From the human T2T-CHM13v2.0 reference genome, Homo sapiens, in assembly GCA_009914755.4 (NCBI GenBank), contig CP086569.2:27264001-27328000 (forward strand): a stretch of 64,000 bases of DNA, read 5' to 3'. Position 1 is the stretch's first letter; each line of letters starts with the position of its first letter. Below the pieces are notes generated by a model. It was not told the DNA's origin and did not search any database. It saw only the letters and a program-made list of their open reading frames with translations. Position numbers and translations under genes: made by a program. This document shows positions 49,250 through 63,050 of the stretch, piece by piece.

Positions 49250-51060
49250 ACATTTAATGCTTTAATCTACTTACAGTCTACCCTTAAATATGGTGTTAGG
49301 TAGGGATTTGGTTTCATTTTTCTCCCAGTGGTAGGCTGATTTTCCAAGTACCATCTATGAAACAGGTCATCCTTTTTCCTTGTTTATATAATCATCATCA
49401 ATGACATATATCTACATAAGTTTATCTCTGAGCTCAATATTTTGCTCCATTGATACTTATGGCATCCCTACACCTTTTTTTATTACCATGATTAGTTAAG
49501 TTATTAATGGAGCCTTTATATGTTGACGTAGATTTTGTAGTAAGTATGTCAATATTCTAAAAAATTTTGTAAAATACCTATGTGGGCCCTGTGGTGTTTG
49601 GGAGAGGGAAGGGGTTTAAATACTAGGTTGATTTCTTTGTTACTTGAGTATTCTATTTCTATATAAATATATTTTCTTGCACTAATGTTAGTGTTTTATA
49701 TTTGTCTAGGAATTTTTCCATTCCATCTAAGTTTTCACATTTATTAGCATATAATTGAATAATCTCATTTTAAAAAATGTTAGTTGTGTTCTAGTTATGC
49801 TCCCTTCTTGTACATTTTATTTGGATATTCACTCTGTTTGTTCTTGATTATTATTGCCACAGGTCTATTGTAGTAATCTTTTCAAAGAGACACACTTTTG
49901 TTTTGTTAATCTTCTCCACGGTTTTTTCTTCTCCAGTTCAGTGTCGTATGCTTACCTCCTTATGTTTTGCTTCCTTATTACTCCATAGACTTTGCCCTGT
50001 GCTCCTTTTCCAACCTCTCTACTTAAATGTGTACTCTTTGCTTTTAACCATCTTGACTTCTTATTAATGCTTATATATCGGTAAATTTTCTTCTAAATAT
50101 TCCTTCATTGTATCCTACAAACTTTGTCATGTTATTATCAATCAGTTCTTAGTATATAAAATATTTTGTGATATCCCTTTTAACATAAGAGGTATTCAGT
50201 AATGTGTAATTTAGTTTCAAATGTGGGTTTTTTTTTTAAAAGCTAATCATATTACAGTATATTCAGAGAACAGCAATATGATATTGATCCTGTGGACTTT
50301 ATCCTGTGGAAGCTTTCTTTATGGTACAGAGAGCTATGATGTTGGTCTGTCCTTGTGCCCTCATAAGTCTTTTGCTCTATCTAGAAGGTGTTAGAATTTT
50401 CTCTTAGTCTCCATTAGATACTTAAAGCTGATTTATTTCTTCTTTCTTGAATTCTGGGAAATTTATCATCATAAATTTTCACATTTTATTTTGCATTTTT
50501 AGTTTTCATTTCTTCTTAGATTTCCATATTCTAGATGTTAGATGGCTGTTTTTATCCTCTCTAACATTCTTCTTTTCTCTAATGTGTTCGCTTTATTCTT
50601 TTCTACTATTTTCTGGGTAAGTTTCTCAATCAAATCTTCTAACTCTAAATTTATTAGCTTTTCACAGGTACCCAAACTACTATTTATCCCTCAACAATTT
50701 ATATTTTTTTTGACAGTCATACTTTTACAGTTAAGGCTTTCTGTTTTATTTTTTCTTAGGACTCCCATTCTCATTTCATATTTCCACATCTTCCTTTGTG
50801 TCCTCTTATCCTTAAGAATATTTGTCATGCTTACTTTAAAATCTTGGTCAGGGTGTTCCAGTAGTTTTGCTACAGTAGGTATGCTGTTGTTCAGCTTGTT
50901 GTATTTCTTTTTCAGTAGTTGTATTCCTCAGGTATCTAATCATGTTGGTTTGTGAACACAGATTTTTTGTGGCTATTGGCTACTCTGGTCATTTGTATTG
51001 GGGAAGGACTGAAGTACAATCTCAGTCTGCTGCTGTTCTTGCAACATAATTATTAATGGC
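49250..51060 (-). mobile_element. Probable old L1 LINE 5'-portion (antisense), low-complexity T-rich
   Basis: Style and motifs match the antisense L1 ORF1/inter-ORF region (tgtaaaatacctatgtgggccctgtggtgtttgggagaggg...). This is a weak, memory-based assignment. Confidence 0.4.
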
Positions 51061-51894
51061 ACCCACTTTTTCCTTTCAAAAGTGTCCTGGTTTGGGCAGG
51101 AATTATATAGTCAGTCTGACTGAAATCTAGGACGTAAGCTGCGTCATTGTCAGTAAGTTTAAAATGAAGAGAAGTGATGCGCCCCAGGGTAGAGAGTCTC
51201 AGGAATCATGAAACACTGACCAGGCAACTCCTCTGGGTTGTGAAAAGGAAAAACTTTAGACAAGGTAAATTTAAGAGTTTAATAGTGCAAGAATGATTCA
51301 TGAGTTGGGAAGCTTTTAAAATCAGAACAGGTTCTGAGAACTGCAAACTGGCAATGTGGCCAGACAGCATTATGGACAGAAAATGGAAGTGAGGTCCAGA
51401 AAGAGCTTTGTTGTTTACAACTGGTTACAGCTGGATGTTTTGTCTTATTTGAATCAGTCAGCCACCCACAGTTGACTGAAGCTCAGCTGCTGTAATTGAC
51501 TGAGACAGAGCTATCTGTTACAAGTGTATATTCTATTCATAATTATGCTGTTAGTTTACACACTAGGTTAGCTTGCAGTTTGTTGCATAAGGACTCAAGT
51601 ACAGAGGCAACCTCAGGGAAAATTTATTTAATTAAACAACTGTATCACCTTGAAGCTCCTTAACAAAGCAGCATTGGAGGAGACAATCTCTCTGGTTTGT
51701 AACCTGGGCTTTGGAGATGGAGGCAGGTGGAGGAGTGAAGGCCCAAGGATGGCTCTTCAGCCCTTCCCTGTTTTCATCAGCCAGCCTAATGCTCTCCTAA
51801 TTTTACTGTAACTACTCCTGGGTAGTTGCTGTTGCTGTCTATGGAGACAGGCAGGGATGGTCACTATTGTTTCCAAATGGCTAAATTGCATGTG

Positions 51895-51945
51895 TTGTGT
51901 TTTGTTTTGTTTTGCTTTGTTTTGTTTTGTTTTGTTTTTTAGAAC
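51895..51945. repeat. (GTTTT)n microsatellite at the 5' edge of the tandem array
   Basis: tgttttgttttgttttgctttgttttgttttgttttgtttttt. Confidence 0.9.
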
Positions 51946-52049
51946 AGCTAGTTTATTAGTTGTAGGGTTATTGTAGCTAATTTGAATAAAAATTAAGCCT
52001 ACAAATTCACATGCTGTTTGATTATGTACAATTTAGTTTAATTCTTTAG

Positions 52050-52102
52050 CTCTGACCCAAATGAAGTGATATCACTAACCCATGATGGAGTCCTCAGTGA
52101 AA
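52050..52102 (+). other. Degenerate B-type exon-like segment (53 nt, frame broken by 1 nt, donor decayed to GTGAAA)
   Basis: ctttag|ctctgacccaaatgaagtgatatcactaacccatgatggagtcctcagtgaa|agtgaaa aligns to the intact B-type copies and reads SDPNEVISLTHDGVLSE. Confidence 0.4.
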
Positions 52103-52692
52103 GTGAAATGATATCACTAGCCTATAATGAAGTCATGAGTGAAGGGTGTTGTGTGAGTGTGTGTTCATAAAAATACACCCAAATGTTAACTATAGAGTTT
52201 CTGGGACACTGTTTCTAAAGTACTGGTAGTTTCAGCTTCTGTATGTAACATCCTTTTCTTTTGGGGTCTAGTTGGATACAAGATAAATAGATCACAAGAA
52301 GTCTACTTCTTCTTCCTAGCTGAGTTGACTATTAGCCACAACTTTTAGAAAACTGTTGGATTGCCTGTGTATGAGATTCTACCAGGTTGGGCTATATTAG
52401 TTTCTAGGGCTGCTTTAACAAAGTATCACAAACCAAGTGGCTTAAACAAAAATTAATGATCTCATAGTCCTAGAGACTAGAAATCTGAAATTGAGATTGT
52501 CAGTAGGGTTGGCTTTTTATGAAGGCTATAAGGAAGAATCTGATACCTCTTTGCTAGCTTTTGGTGGTTGCTGGCAATCTTTGGCATTCCTTGGCAGGTA
52601 GACTCATGTCTAGAGTAACTGCAGCTATTTGACCAAAAGTGTAAGTCCAAATTGTGTTTTTATCTGAATAATATGCGTTTATAATTCCCCAG

Positions 52693-52746
52693 CCCACAGC
52701 CAATTGAGTTGATGGTAGTAACCTATGATAGAGCCACCCATGAAAT
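52693..52746 (+). other. Degenerate B-type exon-like segment (54 nt, frame open, donor weakened to GTGAAT)
   Basis: ccccag|cccacagccaattgagttgatggtagtaacctatgatagagccacccatgaaat|gtgaat reads PQPIELMVVTYDRATHE in the same frame as the intact copies. Confidence 0.4.
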
Positions 52747-53477
52747 GTGAATTAAAAACAAAGATTTATATACATGTAAGTGTATATATACATATATACA
52801 CATAAGATACATGCATGCATACACATACACACACAGAAACATAAAACAATGAAAGAGAAAGAGAAGTTGATATTTGTAAAATTCACTGTCAGGCATATCC
52901 TTGGAAATACAGAGTATCTTTTACACTATGTCTAAATCTTCTCACTGTAGGATCTATAGATAACCTTCTATTTTTTTTTCAGACCAAATTGGATAAAAGA
53001 GGATGAAGTCATGAAAGGGATGCTTCTTCCTCTTAGTATATTTGTCACTCTAAGTTAGTAGTATCCAATCCCTTAGGAACCTCTGAGGTTTTCCACTTAC
53101 GAGACTGTCCTACTACTAGAGTGGGCCAAAGGGAGAGAGAATCCTATTTGGAGCAATGGGGAGGTAACAGGTGACAGGGAGGAGTGAGGCACACAGCAAA
53201 AAGAACAGAGTTCATGAAACCGTAATGGGTTCCTCACCCTCTAGAGTTCTACCACCATGTGAGGCTGGTGCCCCAAACCAAACCCAAACCCACAATCATT
53301 TTGTAGGGAGTTCCTGACTCAGGCCTACAGCTACATGGTCATATCTTCTGGGCAGGAAAGATAGCCATGATGGGTGAAAGTAAAGAAGTGACAGAAGGAC
53401 TTAGGAATCAAGCATTTAGATGGGGTAAGAGGCATGTTTCCTTACAGACTGCAGTTACATTAGAAATAAATGCCACT

Positions 53478-53793
<316 letters not shown>

Positions 53794-53923
53794 TTAGTGA
53801 TATACACATGAATATTTAAATATTAACCAGATAGTACATTATAGGGTAAATGTAGCTGTTTGATCCAAAAAGTAAGTTTAGAATTACATGTGTGTCCAAC
53901 TATCTACGTTTATATTCCTTTAG

Positions 53924-53974
53924 CCTGCATACAGAATTGACATCAATAACCTATGATAGAACCACCAATGAAAT
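53924..53974 (+). other. Degenerate B-type exon-like segment (51 nt, a 3-nt deletion, frame open, donor GTGAAT)
   Basis: cctttag|cctgcatacagaattgacatcaataacctatgatagaaccaccaatgaaat|gtgaat. Confidence 0.4.
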
Positions 53975-54894
53975 GTGAATTATAAAATATATATACACAA
54001 ATATTTAAAGAAATATATATGCAGTTATACATACTTCTGTCAATCTAGACACACAAACACAGGGAGAGAGAGAAAGGGAGAGAAAGAGAAAAGAGAGAGA
54101 GAAACAACAGAGAGAAAGATGAGGATTATGTTCTTACTCTCAGGATCATCCATGGCCATACAGAATGTCTTTTACACTGTTTATAAACCTCCTCACTATA
54201 GGCCCTGCTGGCCCCTTATCCAGCTTTTTGATTAAATTGGATAAAAAAGGAACAGGGCAAAAAAGGGAAACTTCTTGTTATTGTCTTGTCACCCTTAGTA
54301 GCAGGCACATACTTAGGAAAGTCAGATTTCCTGTGTATGAGACATACTAGAGTGGACCAAGGGAAGAAAACCCTATGCAGAGCAACAAGCGAGTAGCAGT
54401 GGACAGGGAGCAGTGGAGCCCTTAGGGAAAAACAAACAGAGCTAATGGCCCTGGCAGAGTTCCTCACACCCAGAGCTCTACCACCATGTGAGGCTAACAC
54501 TACAAGCCCACACCCATCATCACATTGTATGGGGCAGTTTCTTGACCCTGTGTGAGAGCAGAGGAGACAGCTATGATGGTGAAAAGAAGGCACTGATGAA
54601 GGGATTTTAGTGTCAGGAAATGAGATGAGGTCAAGGGGATTTGTATATAGAAACTGCAGCTGAATTTGAAATAAAGTAAACCACCAAATGCTTAGTTTGT
54701 GCTTCATTTAGTTGTAAAGAACTAAACATCGCTTGTGAGTAATTCAAACCAGAAAGTGAAGTCTAGGATGTCATATTGGTGTTGGACGATACATATATAT
54801 ATTTAAATTCTGTAGCACTGCCAAGTCTAAATTCAAATCACTACCCTGGAATGGAGCTATCAGTGAATAGTGAGACAGAAATAAATCAATATAG

Positions 54895-55238
<344 letters not shown>

Positions 55239-56153
55239 TTATATATACCTATATGCATTCATATTAAATCAAGGCATGCACCCACAGGTACTGCAGAGAA
55301 ATATAAAGGTTGAGATTAGGGAAGTTCCCATTCAAGGACATTAATGGAAAAACAAAAAACTTTGACACATGTGTTTATGTGATCTCACTATAGGATATGA
55401 AGGTGACTTTATGTCTTGAATGAATTTAGATAAAAGATGACCACATAAAAAGAAGAATGATTTTTCTTACTAGTCTGTTTGATACTCTTGAGTAAAAATA
55501 AAAAATAATTTTCAGACTGCCTATATGTTAGACCTTACTATAATGGCTGAGGACAGCAGAGAATCCTCTTTGGAAACCGGAAAGGACAGCAGGGACGGAG
55601 AGTAGTGAAGACCTCAGGAGAAGAGAAAAAAGCTAACAACGCTTGAACTGTTTTTAACCCTGCAGAACTCTGCCACAATACAGGGTGGTACTCAAAACCC
55701 CAAATACCATCATATTGGATTGTGTCCTTGACTCAGACCTGCAGTTACTTTACCCTACTTGTGGACCAAGAGAGACAATCAAGTGAAGAAGTAATGGAGG
55801 GCTTTCAAGGCAGCACATTTAGTGGAATAAGAGGGCTGACTACCTCCACACAAAAGTTTAGTTTGAAATAGCTGCCACCACAAAGGCTGTCACACATTGG
55901 TACTGAGGTCATAATAAAGAGGTTTATTTAAATCTGAAAGCATTACTATTTTCCCCAGTCTAAGATGTTGGTTGCCATCATATAAATCATCCTTTCTAAT
56001 AAAAAAATGGCATTTCAGAACCAAATAGTGCTATGCACATGAATAGTCAGAACTTAACTGGTTTATGTGCAGAGTAATGAAAGCTAGTTTTACCAGAAAA
56101 GTAAATTTTGAATTGTGTCTCCTGTCTGACTGTATTCTTTTGTCGTCCTCTAG

Positions 56154-56207
56154 TCCACCCACAAATGAATTATCAGGTGTGAACCCACAGGCAAGTATGA
56201 ATGAAAG
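56154..56207 (+). CDS. Candidate cassette exon, A-type (54 nt, phase-2 in and out), encoding PPTNELSGVNPQASMNE
   Basis: ttttgtcgtcctctag|tccaccc...atgaatgaaag|gtgagt. This is the only open frame of three, and the same frame as the other copies. Confidence 0.4.
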
Positions 56208-57207
56208 GTGAGTTATGCGTAAGTGTTTCTTTCTTTATCTAATTATAACTGAGCATAGTAGTATTCACACACACAGGCGCATAAACAAATATATCCATCC
56301 ATCCATCCATGCATCCATCTGTACACACTTCTCTCAAACACATCCACTAACAAACCTATGCACACAACGGAAACATACAACAAGGAGACAGACGGACATT
56401 TGTGGAATTTATTCTGAGAAGCCTGCATGGCCATAGAGAGTGGTTTTTAACAGGATTTCCAATTCTTCTCATAGTAGCCTTTGTAGGTAACATTGCATCC
56501 TTTTCTAATGGAGTGATATAAAAAGCAGCAGGTCATAGGAGAGCTGCTGCTTCCTGTTAGTGTATTTGTCACTGTTAGTTCCTAGTAAGTAGCTTCTTAA
56601 AGGACTCAAATTTCCTGAGTTTGAGAGCCTACCAGATTGACAGAAGGGAGGAGAAAATCCTATTCACAACATGGAGGAGATAGCAGCTGACAAGAAGCAG
56701 TGAAGCCCTGGGCAGAAAAGAACAGAGCTAATAGAACATGAACTTGTCTTTCACACTCCAGAGCTCTGTCAACATATGAGGTTGGTGCTAAAACATAAGC
56801 ACAAGCACACAATCTCATTGGATGCAGCCCTTCCTTAGGCCCACAGCTACTTGCCTGTGTCCCATGGACAGGAAAGACTAGCATGATGGGTGAAAGGAAA
56901 GACGTGATGGAGAGATCCAGGAAATGGGCCATAGATGGGATTAGAAGGAGGAATGCCTACACAGTGGAGTTGAATTTAAAAGAAATTCACCCACAAAAGG
57001 CTGTCTGTCATGCATTGGCCAGCTCCAGTGGTAGAGAGTTTTGGTGAACTCTTGAGTCAGTGAGTCTTAGATACGTGTAAAGTATGTGCTGCAAGCATAT
57101 AAATTATGATGTGTAGGGTAAATGGCATGGCAGATTCCAAAGAACCAAATACACACATGACTTCTGTAATGGTAAGGCAATTTACAGGTTGAAAAGTAGT
57201 TGGAAGT

Positions 57208-57597
<390 letters not shown>

Positions 57598-58573
57598 TTA
57601 AGTTCTTTGGCATGGCCCTGTGTGTTAATTGAGAGTACCTTCCAGTAGGCTGGCCAATGCACCATGTAATATCAAGGAATAGAGTTATACATGTATCTAT
57701 GCATATACAAACACATACATACATGCATTCGTACACACAAGAGAGTCTGAGTAGGGCTATTGAGTGTGACAAGCATCCATGGGAACAAGGAGTTCCCTTG
57801 AAACTATTTCTAGAGTCTTCTCAGAATGAGCTTTGTATGCAATATTGTTTTTTGGATGGAGGTAGGAAAATGGGGAGGAACTCATAGAGGGAGGCTTTTT
57901 ATGTTAGTGTTTGTCACATTACCTTTATGTGAGAATGAGACTGTGCTAGTAGTGTGGACCAAGGGAGAAGTGAATCCTGCTTGCAGTGAGAAGGAGATAG
58001 GAGTGGACAAAGATCAGAGAAATCCCAGCCAAAACAAAGAACCGAGCTAATAACCCTGGAATTATTTCACCCCCTCCAGAGCTCTGCTGTTATGTGAGGC
58101 TGACTGCCTTTGCCCATACCCACCCTCACATGGGATGGAGCCCTTTCTTGAGGCCTCTAGCTACTTGGCCACAACTCTTGGGCAGGAAAGACAACTAGGA
58201 TGGGTGAAAAGTGAGGAGGTGATTGGAGGTGATAGAGAATGAGGAACTCAGATGGGATTATAAGAACGGAGACTCAGAAACTAAATTTGAACTAGAATTA
58301 AATGCTCTCCAAAAATGCTGTTACACCTTGAGGTGTAGATACCCTTACTTAATCTGCATGCATCGGTATGTTCACAGCCTAAAATTCTCACTGTTGGCAT
58401 ATGAAACCTCATTTCTAATAAGACAAATGCCATCCCAGGTCAATTTAGTGATATACATACATGTGAATAATAAAAATGTAACTGGGGAATGACACATAGA
58501 CTAACTATAGCTATTTGTTGCAAAACCTTAGAATTAAGCATTGTGTCTGACTCTGACCATATTTGTCCTCTAG

Positions 58574-58627
58574 TCCCGATCCGAATGACCTGGTGGGAGT
58601 CATCACTGAGCGCGGCCCCAGTGACAG
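58574..58627 (+). CDS. Candidate cassette exon, B-type (54 nt), encoding [17 protein letters not shown]
   Basis: catatttgtcctctag|tcccgatccgaatgacctggtgggagtcatcactgagcgcggccccagtgacag|gtgagt. One open frame. Confidence 0.4.
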
Positions 58628-58652
58628 GTGAGTTATAAAAGATGTACACATG

Positions 58653-58953
58653 ACCAGGTGCAATGGTTCACACCTGTAATCTGAGCACTTTGGGAGGCTG
58701 AAGCAGGCAGATACCCTGAGGTCGGGTGTTCGAGACCAGGCTGGCAAACATCATGAAACCCTGTCTCTACTAAAACTACAAGAACTAGCCAGGTGTGGTG
58801 GCAGTTGCCTCTAATCCCAGCTACTCAGGAGGCTGAGGCAGGAGAATCTTTTGAACCTGGGGTAGTGGAGTTTGCAGTGACTGAGAACATGCCACTGCAT
58901 TCCACCCTGGGCAGCAGGAGCGAAACTTTGTTGCAAAAAAGAAAAAAAAAAAA
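58653..58953 (+). mobile_element. Alu SINE (sense) inserted 25 bp downstream of the candidate exon donor, with target-site duplication
   Basis: Starts gaccaggtgcaatggttcacacctgtaatc and ends in poly-A. The direct repeat aagatgtacaca occurs at 58639-58650 and 58954-58965. Confidence 0.9.
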
Positions 58954-59859
58954 AAGATGTACACACACACACACAAAACAGTGACAGAGAAAGAGACCGA
59001 GATTGGTGGGATTAACTCCCAGATGTGTTCATGATAATACAGGGTTTCTTTGACACAGGTTCTTTATCATCTCACTATATCATGTATAGATAACTTCCAC
59101 ATTTTTACATTGTTTAGAAAAAAAGAAACTGACTATAGAGAGAGGCTTCCATCTGTTACTGTCTTGTCACCCTTAGTAAGTAGCAGGCAAATGCTTTGGA
59201 AAAGCAGATTTTCTGTGTACCAGACACACCAGAGTAGGCCGAGGGAAGACAGAATCCTGTTTAGAGTGAGGAGTAGGTAGGAGTACTTGGGGAACTGTGA
59301 AGCCTTCGGCAGAAAGCAACAGAGCTAAGAGCCTTGGAGGTGTTCTCCACCCTCCAGAACTCTGCCACCATGGAGGCTGGTGCTCCAAACCTCAAATCAC
59401 CATCCTATTGGATTGTGCCCCTGTGTCAGACCTCTAGTTACCTGACCCTTTTTGTGGGGCATGAGAAACCACCATGCTGAGTGAACATAAGGAGCTAATG
59501 GAGGGCCTTTTAAGCGGGACATTGAATGGAATAAGAGGGCTGACTACCTACAAACTGGAGTTGAGTTTGAAATAACTGCCACCACAAAGTCTGTCACACA
59601 TTGGGACTGAGGTCATAATAAAGAGGTTTACTTAAATCGGGAATCATTACTATTTTCCCCCACCTAAGATTTTGGTTGTTGCCATATAAATCCTCATTTC
59701 TAATAAAGAGAAAAAGACATTCCAGGTTCCAATAGTGCTATACACATGAATAGTCAGAAATTAATTGGTTTCTGTCTAGAGTAGTGAGAGGTAATTTTTC
59801 CAAAATATAAATTCAGAATTATGTCTTCTCTCTGACTGTATTCTCTTATTATCCGCTAG

Positions 59860-59913
59860 TCCACAGACAAGTGAATTTAAAGGAGCAACAAAGGAGGCAC
59901 CTGTGAAAGAAAC
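59860..59913 (+). CDS. Candidate cassette exon, A-type (54 nt), encoding PQTSEFKGATKEAPVKE
   Basis: ttctcttattatccgctag|tccacagacaagtgaatttaaaggagcaacaaaggaggcacctgtgaaagaaac|gtgagt. Confidence 0.4.
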
Positions 59914-59997
59914 GTGAGTAATAGATAGTTAAATAAAGTTACCCATCAGCATAAGTGTGCATAGAACTATACACACACACAGGCACATGGGCAAATA

Positions 59998-60055
59998 TAT
60001 CCATCCATCCATCCATCCATCCATCCATCCATCCATCCATTCATCCATCCATCCA
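59998..60055. repeat. (TCCA)n microsatellite in the array intron; shorter copies at 56285-56320, 63133-63185 and 63727-63745
   Basis: ccatccatccatccatccatccatccatccatccatccattcatccatccatcc. Confidence 0.9.
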
Positions 60056-61994
60056 CGCTTCTCTTCACCACGGAAACTACACAAACTAATCCATGCACAC
60101 AATGGAAACCTAAAATAAGGAGAAAGGAAACTGATAGACATTTGTGGAATTTACTCTCAGGGGCCTGCATGGCCATATAGATTTTTTTTTAACAGAGTTT
60201 CCAATTCGTCTCATTGTAGCATTTTTTAGTAACTTTGCATCCTTCTTTGATGAAGTTGTATAAAGAGGAGCAAGTAATAGGAGAGTTGCTTCTTCCTGTT
60301 AGTGTATTTGTCACTCTTAGTTCCTAGTAAGCAGTTTTTTTTATCGGACTCAGATTTCCTGAGTTGAGACCCTACCAGATTGGCCCAAGGCAGGAGAGAA
60401 TCCTATTTGCAACACGGAGGAGATAGTGGCCAATAAGGAGCAGTGAAGCTTTGGGCTGAAAAGAACAGAACTACTGGAATGTGAACTTGTCCCTCACCCT
60501 CCAGAGCTCAGTCCACATGTGAGGCTGGTGCCCAGACCCAACCCCAAACCAACCACCTCACTGGATGCAGCCCTTTCTTAGGCCCGCAACTACTTGCCTA
60601 TATCTCATGGACAGCAAAGACTAGCAAGATGGGTGAAGGATGGAGGTGATGGAGGCATTCAGGAAGTCAGCCCTTAATGGGATTAGCAGGCTGACCACCT
60701 GCACAGTGGAGTTGAATTGAAAAGAAATTTACCCTCAAAAGGCTGACATGCCCTGGTCAGCTTCAGTGGTAGAGAATTCAGTTAAATCTTGAGTCACTGA
60801 GTCTTGGATAGATGTAAAATGTGTGCTACAGTTATATAAAGTATGATGTGTAGGGAAAATGGCATGGCAGATTCTAACTAACCAAATGCACCAGAATTCT
60901 GTAAGGTTCAAGCAGTTTACATGTTGAAAGTTAATTGGAACTGTTTTTCACTGAAAACGTTAAGTCTGGGAGTTACATGTTGTCTTACTATGTATGTTTT
61001 AAGTTCTTTGGCACTGCTGTGTGTGTGAAATGAAAGAGTGTCTTGTGGTAGACTGGCCACTGCAACATATGAACTACAGAAATACAATTATACATGTATG
61101 GATGTATATATGGACACACGTATACATGCATTCATACCCACAACATGCAGAAAGATTGAGATTCGGGATATTGACTCTCATGAGCATCCATGTGAATGAG
61201 GAGTTCCCTTGAGACTAGTTTTAGAGTCTTCTCAGGATGAGCTTTGTGAAGAATATTCTTTTGTTATTTGGATGGAGGCAGGAAAATGTGGAAGAACTCA
61301 CAGAAGGAGGCTTTTTATGTTAGTGTTTGTCACTTTTAGTTTCTGTGGGAATGAGACTCTACTAGTAGTGTGGATCAAGGGGGAAGCAAATCCTGCTTGG
61401 AACCAGAAGGAGATAGCAGTAGACAAAGAGCAGAGACTCCCTGGCAAAGAAGAGAACAGACATAATAGCCCTGGAAGTATTCCCTACCCTCCAGAGTTCT
61501 GCCACTATGTGAGGCTGCCACTATGCCTGAGCCCATACCCATCATCACACAGAATGCAGCCCTTGCTTGATGTCTTCTGCTACTTGGCCCTAACTCTTGG
61601 GCAGGAAAGACAACTAGGATTGGTGAAAAGTGAGGAGGTGATTGGAAGTGAATGAGAATGAGGAATTCAGATGGGATTATAAGAAGGAGAACTTACAAAC
61701 TAAAGTTGAACTGGAATTAAATCCCCTCAAAAGAGCTGTTACACATTGAGGTGAAGATACAGTCACTTCCCCTAGATGCATCGCTATGTTCACAGCCTAA
61801 GATATTCACTGTTGGCATAGAAAACCTTGTTTCTAATAAAAAAAAGTCATACCAGGTCAGTTTAGTGATATAAGTACATGTGAATATTTAAAGTGTAACC
61901 AGAGGGGAATAACTCATAGAGTAACTGTAGCTATTTGGTGCAAAACATTTAGAATTAGGCGTCGTGTCTGTTTCTGACCATATTTGTCCTTTAG

Positions 61995-62048
61995 TCCCCA
62001 TCCAAATGAGCCAATGGCAGTCATCACTGATGGAGGCATCAAGGACAT
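61995..62048 (+). CDS. Candidate cassette exon, B-type (54 nt), encoding PHPNEPMAVITDGGIKD
   Basis: catatttgtcctttag|tccccatccaaatgagccaatggcagtcatcactgatggaggcatcaaggacat|gtgagt. Confidence 0.4.
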
Positions 62049-62996
62049 GTGAGTTTTAAAAGATGTACTCACACACACACAAACATAACTATGACAGAGA
62101 GATAGAGACAGACAGAGAGAGAGAGATTGAGATTAGTGGGATTTAGTCTCAGGAGTGTCCACAGCAATAGAGTGTCTGTGACACAGTTTATTTATGTTCT
62201 CACTGTAGCATGTATAGGTAAATTTCCACATTTTTACAGTTGTTTTGGAAAAAAGAGAAACAGACTACAGAAGGAGGCTTCTGTTTGTTACTGTCTTGTC
62301 ACCCTTAGTAAGTAGCAGGCAAATACCTTGGAAACTCAGATTTCTGTGTATGAGACATACCAGAGTGGGCCAAGGGAAGAGAGAATCGTGTTTGGAGTGA
62401 GGAGGAGGTAGGAGTACTTGGGGAACTGGAAATTTGAAGCCTTCAGCAGAAAGCAACAGAGCTAAGAGCCTTGGAGGTGTTCTCCACCCTCCAGAACTCT
62501 GCCACCATGGAGGCTGGTGCTCCAAACCTCAAATCACCATCCTATTGGATTGTGCCCCTGTGTCAGACCTCTAGTTATCTGACCCTTTTTGTGGGGCATG
62601 AGAAACCACCATGCTGAGTGAACATAAGGAGCTAATGGAGGGCCTTTTAAGCGGGACATTGAATGGAATAAGAGGGCTGACTACCTACAAACTGGAGTTG
62701 AGTTTGAAATAACTGCCACCACAAAGTCTGTCACACATTGGGACTGAGGTCATAATAAAGAGGTTTACTTAAATCGGGAATCATTACTATTTTCCCCCAC
62801 CTAAGATTTTGGTTGTTGCCATATAAATCCTCATTTCTAATAAAGAGAAAAAGACATTCCAGGTTCCAATAGTGCTATACACATGAATAGTCAGAAATTA
62901 ATTGGTTTCTGTCTAGAGTAGTGAGAGGTAATTTTTCCAAAATATAAATTCAGAATTATGTCTTCTCTCTGACTGTATTCTCTTATCATCCACTAG

Positions 62997-63050
62997 TCCA
63001 CAGACAAATGAATTTAAAGGCACAACCGAGGAGACACCTGCGAAAGAAAC
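62997..63050 (+). CDS. Candidate cassette exon, A-type (54 nt), encoding PQTNEFKGTTEETPAKE
   Basis: ttctcttatcatccactag|tccacagacaaatgaatttaaaggcacaaccgaggagacacctgcgaaagaaac|gtgagt. Confidence 0.4.

Noticed and set aside
50542-50955. Plus-strand 137-aa ORF
   Set aside because: It is a low-complexity, L/F/S-rich translation of T-rich degraded L1-like sequence.
54040-54125. GA-rich purine tract (gggagagagagaaagggagagaaagagaaaagagagagagaaacaacagagagaaag), with a similar one at 62090-62135
   Set aside because: It is low-complexity (GA)n-like sequence belonging to the array unit. It is an ordinary simple repeat and not separately notable.
54216-54707. Minus-strand 163-aa ORF inside an array unit; related 71-aa and 86-aa ORFs at 59173-59388 and 62265-62525
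   Set aside because: The paralogous copies share a motif (PTLVCL[I/V]HRKS.FPK..PATKGDKT) only because the underlying DNA is repeated. The ORF is full-length in one unit only and is broken by stops in the others. It has no start or splice context. It is most likely chance.
59929-60176. Recurrent minus-strand ORFs [13 protein letters not shown]...[12 protein letters not shown] (also at 56243-56434 and 63066-63344)
   Set aside because: They are the reverse strand of the (TCCA)n microsatellite plus the conserved gcctgcatggccata landmark. They are a repeat artefact.
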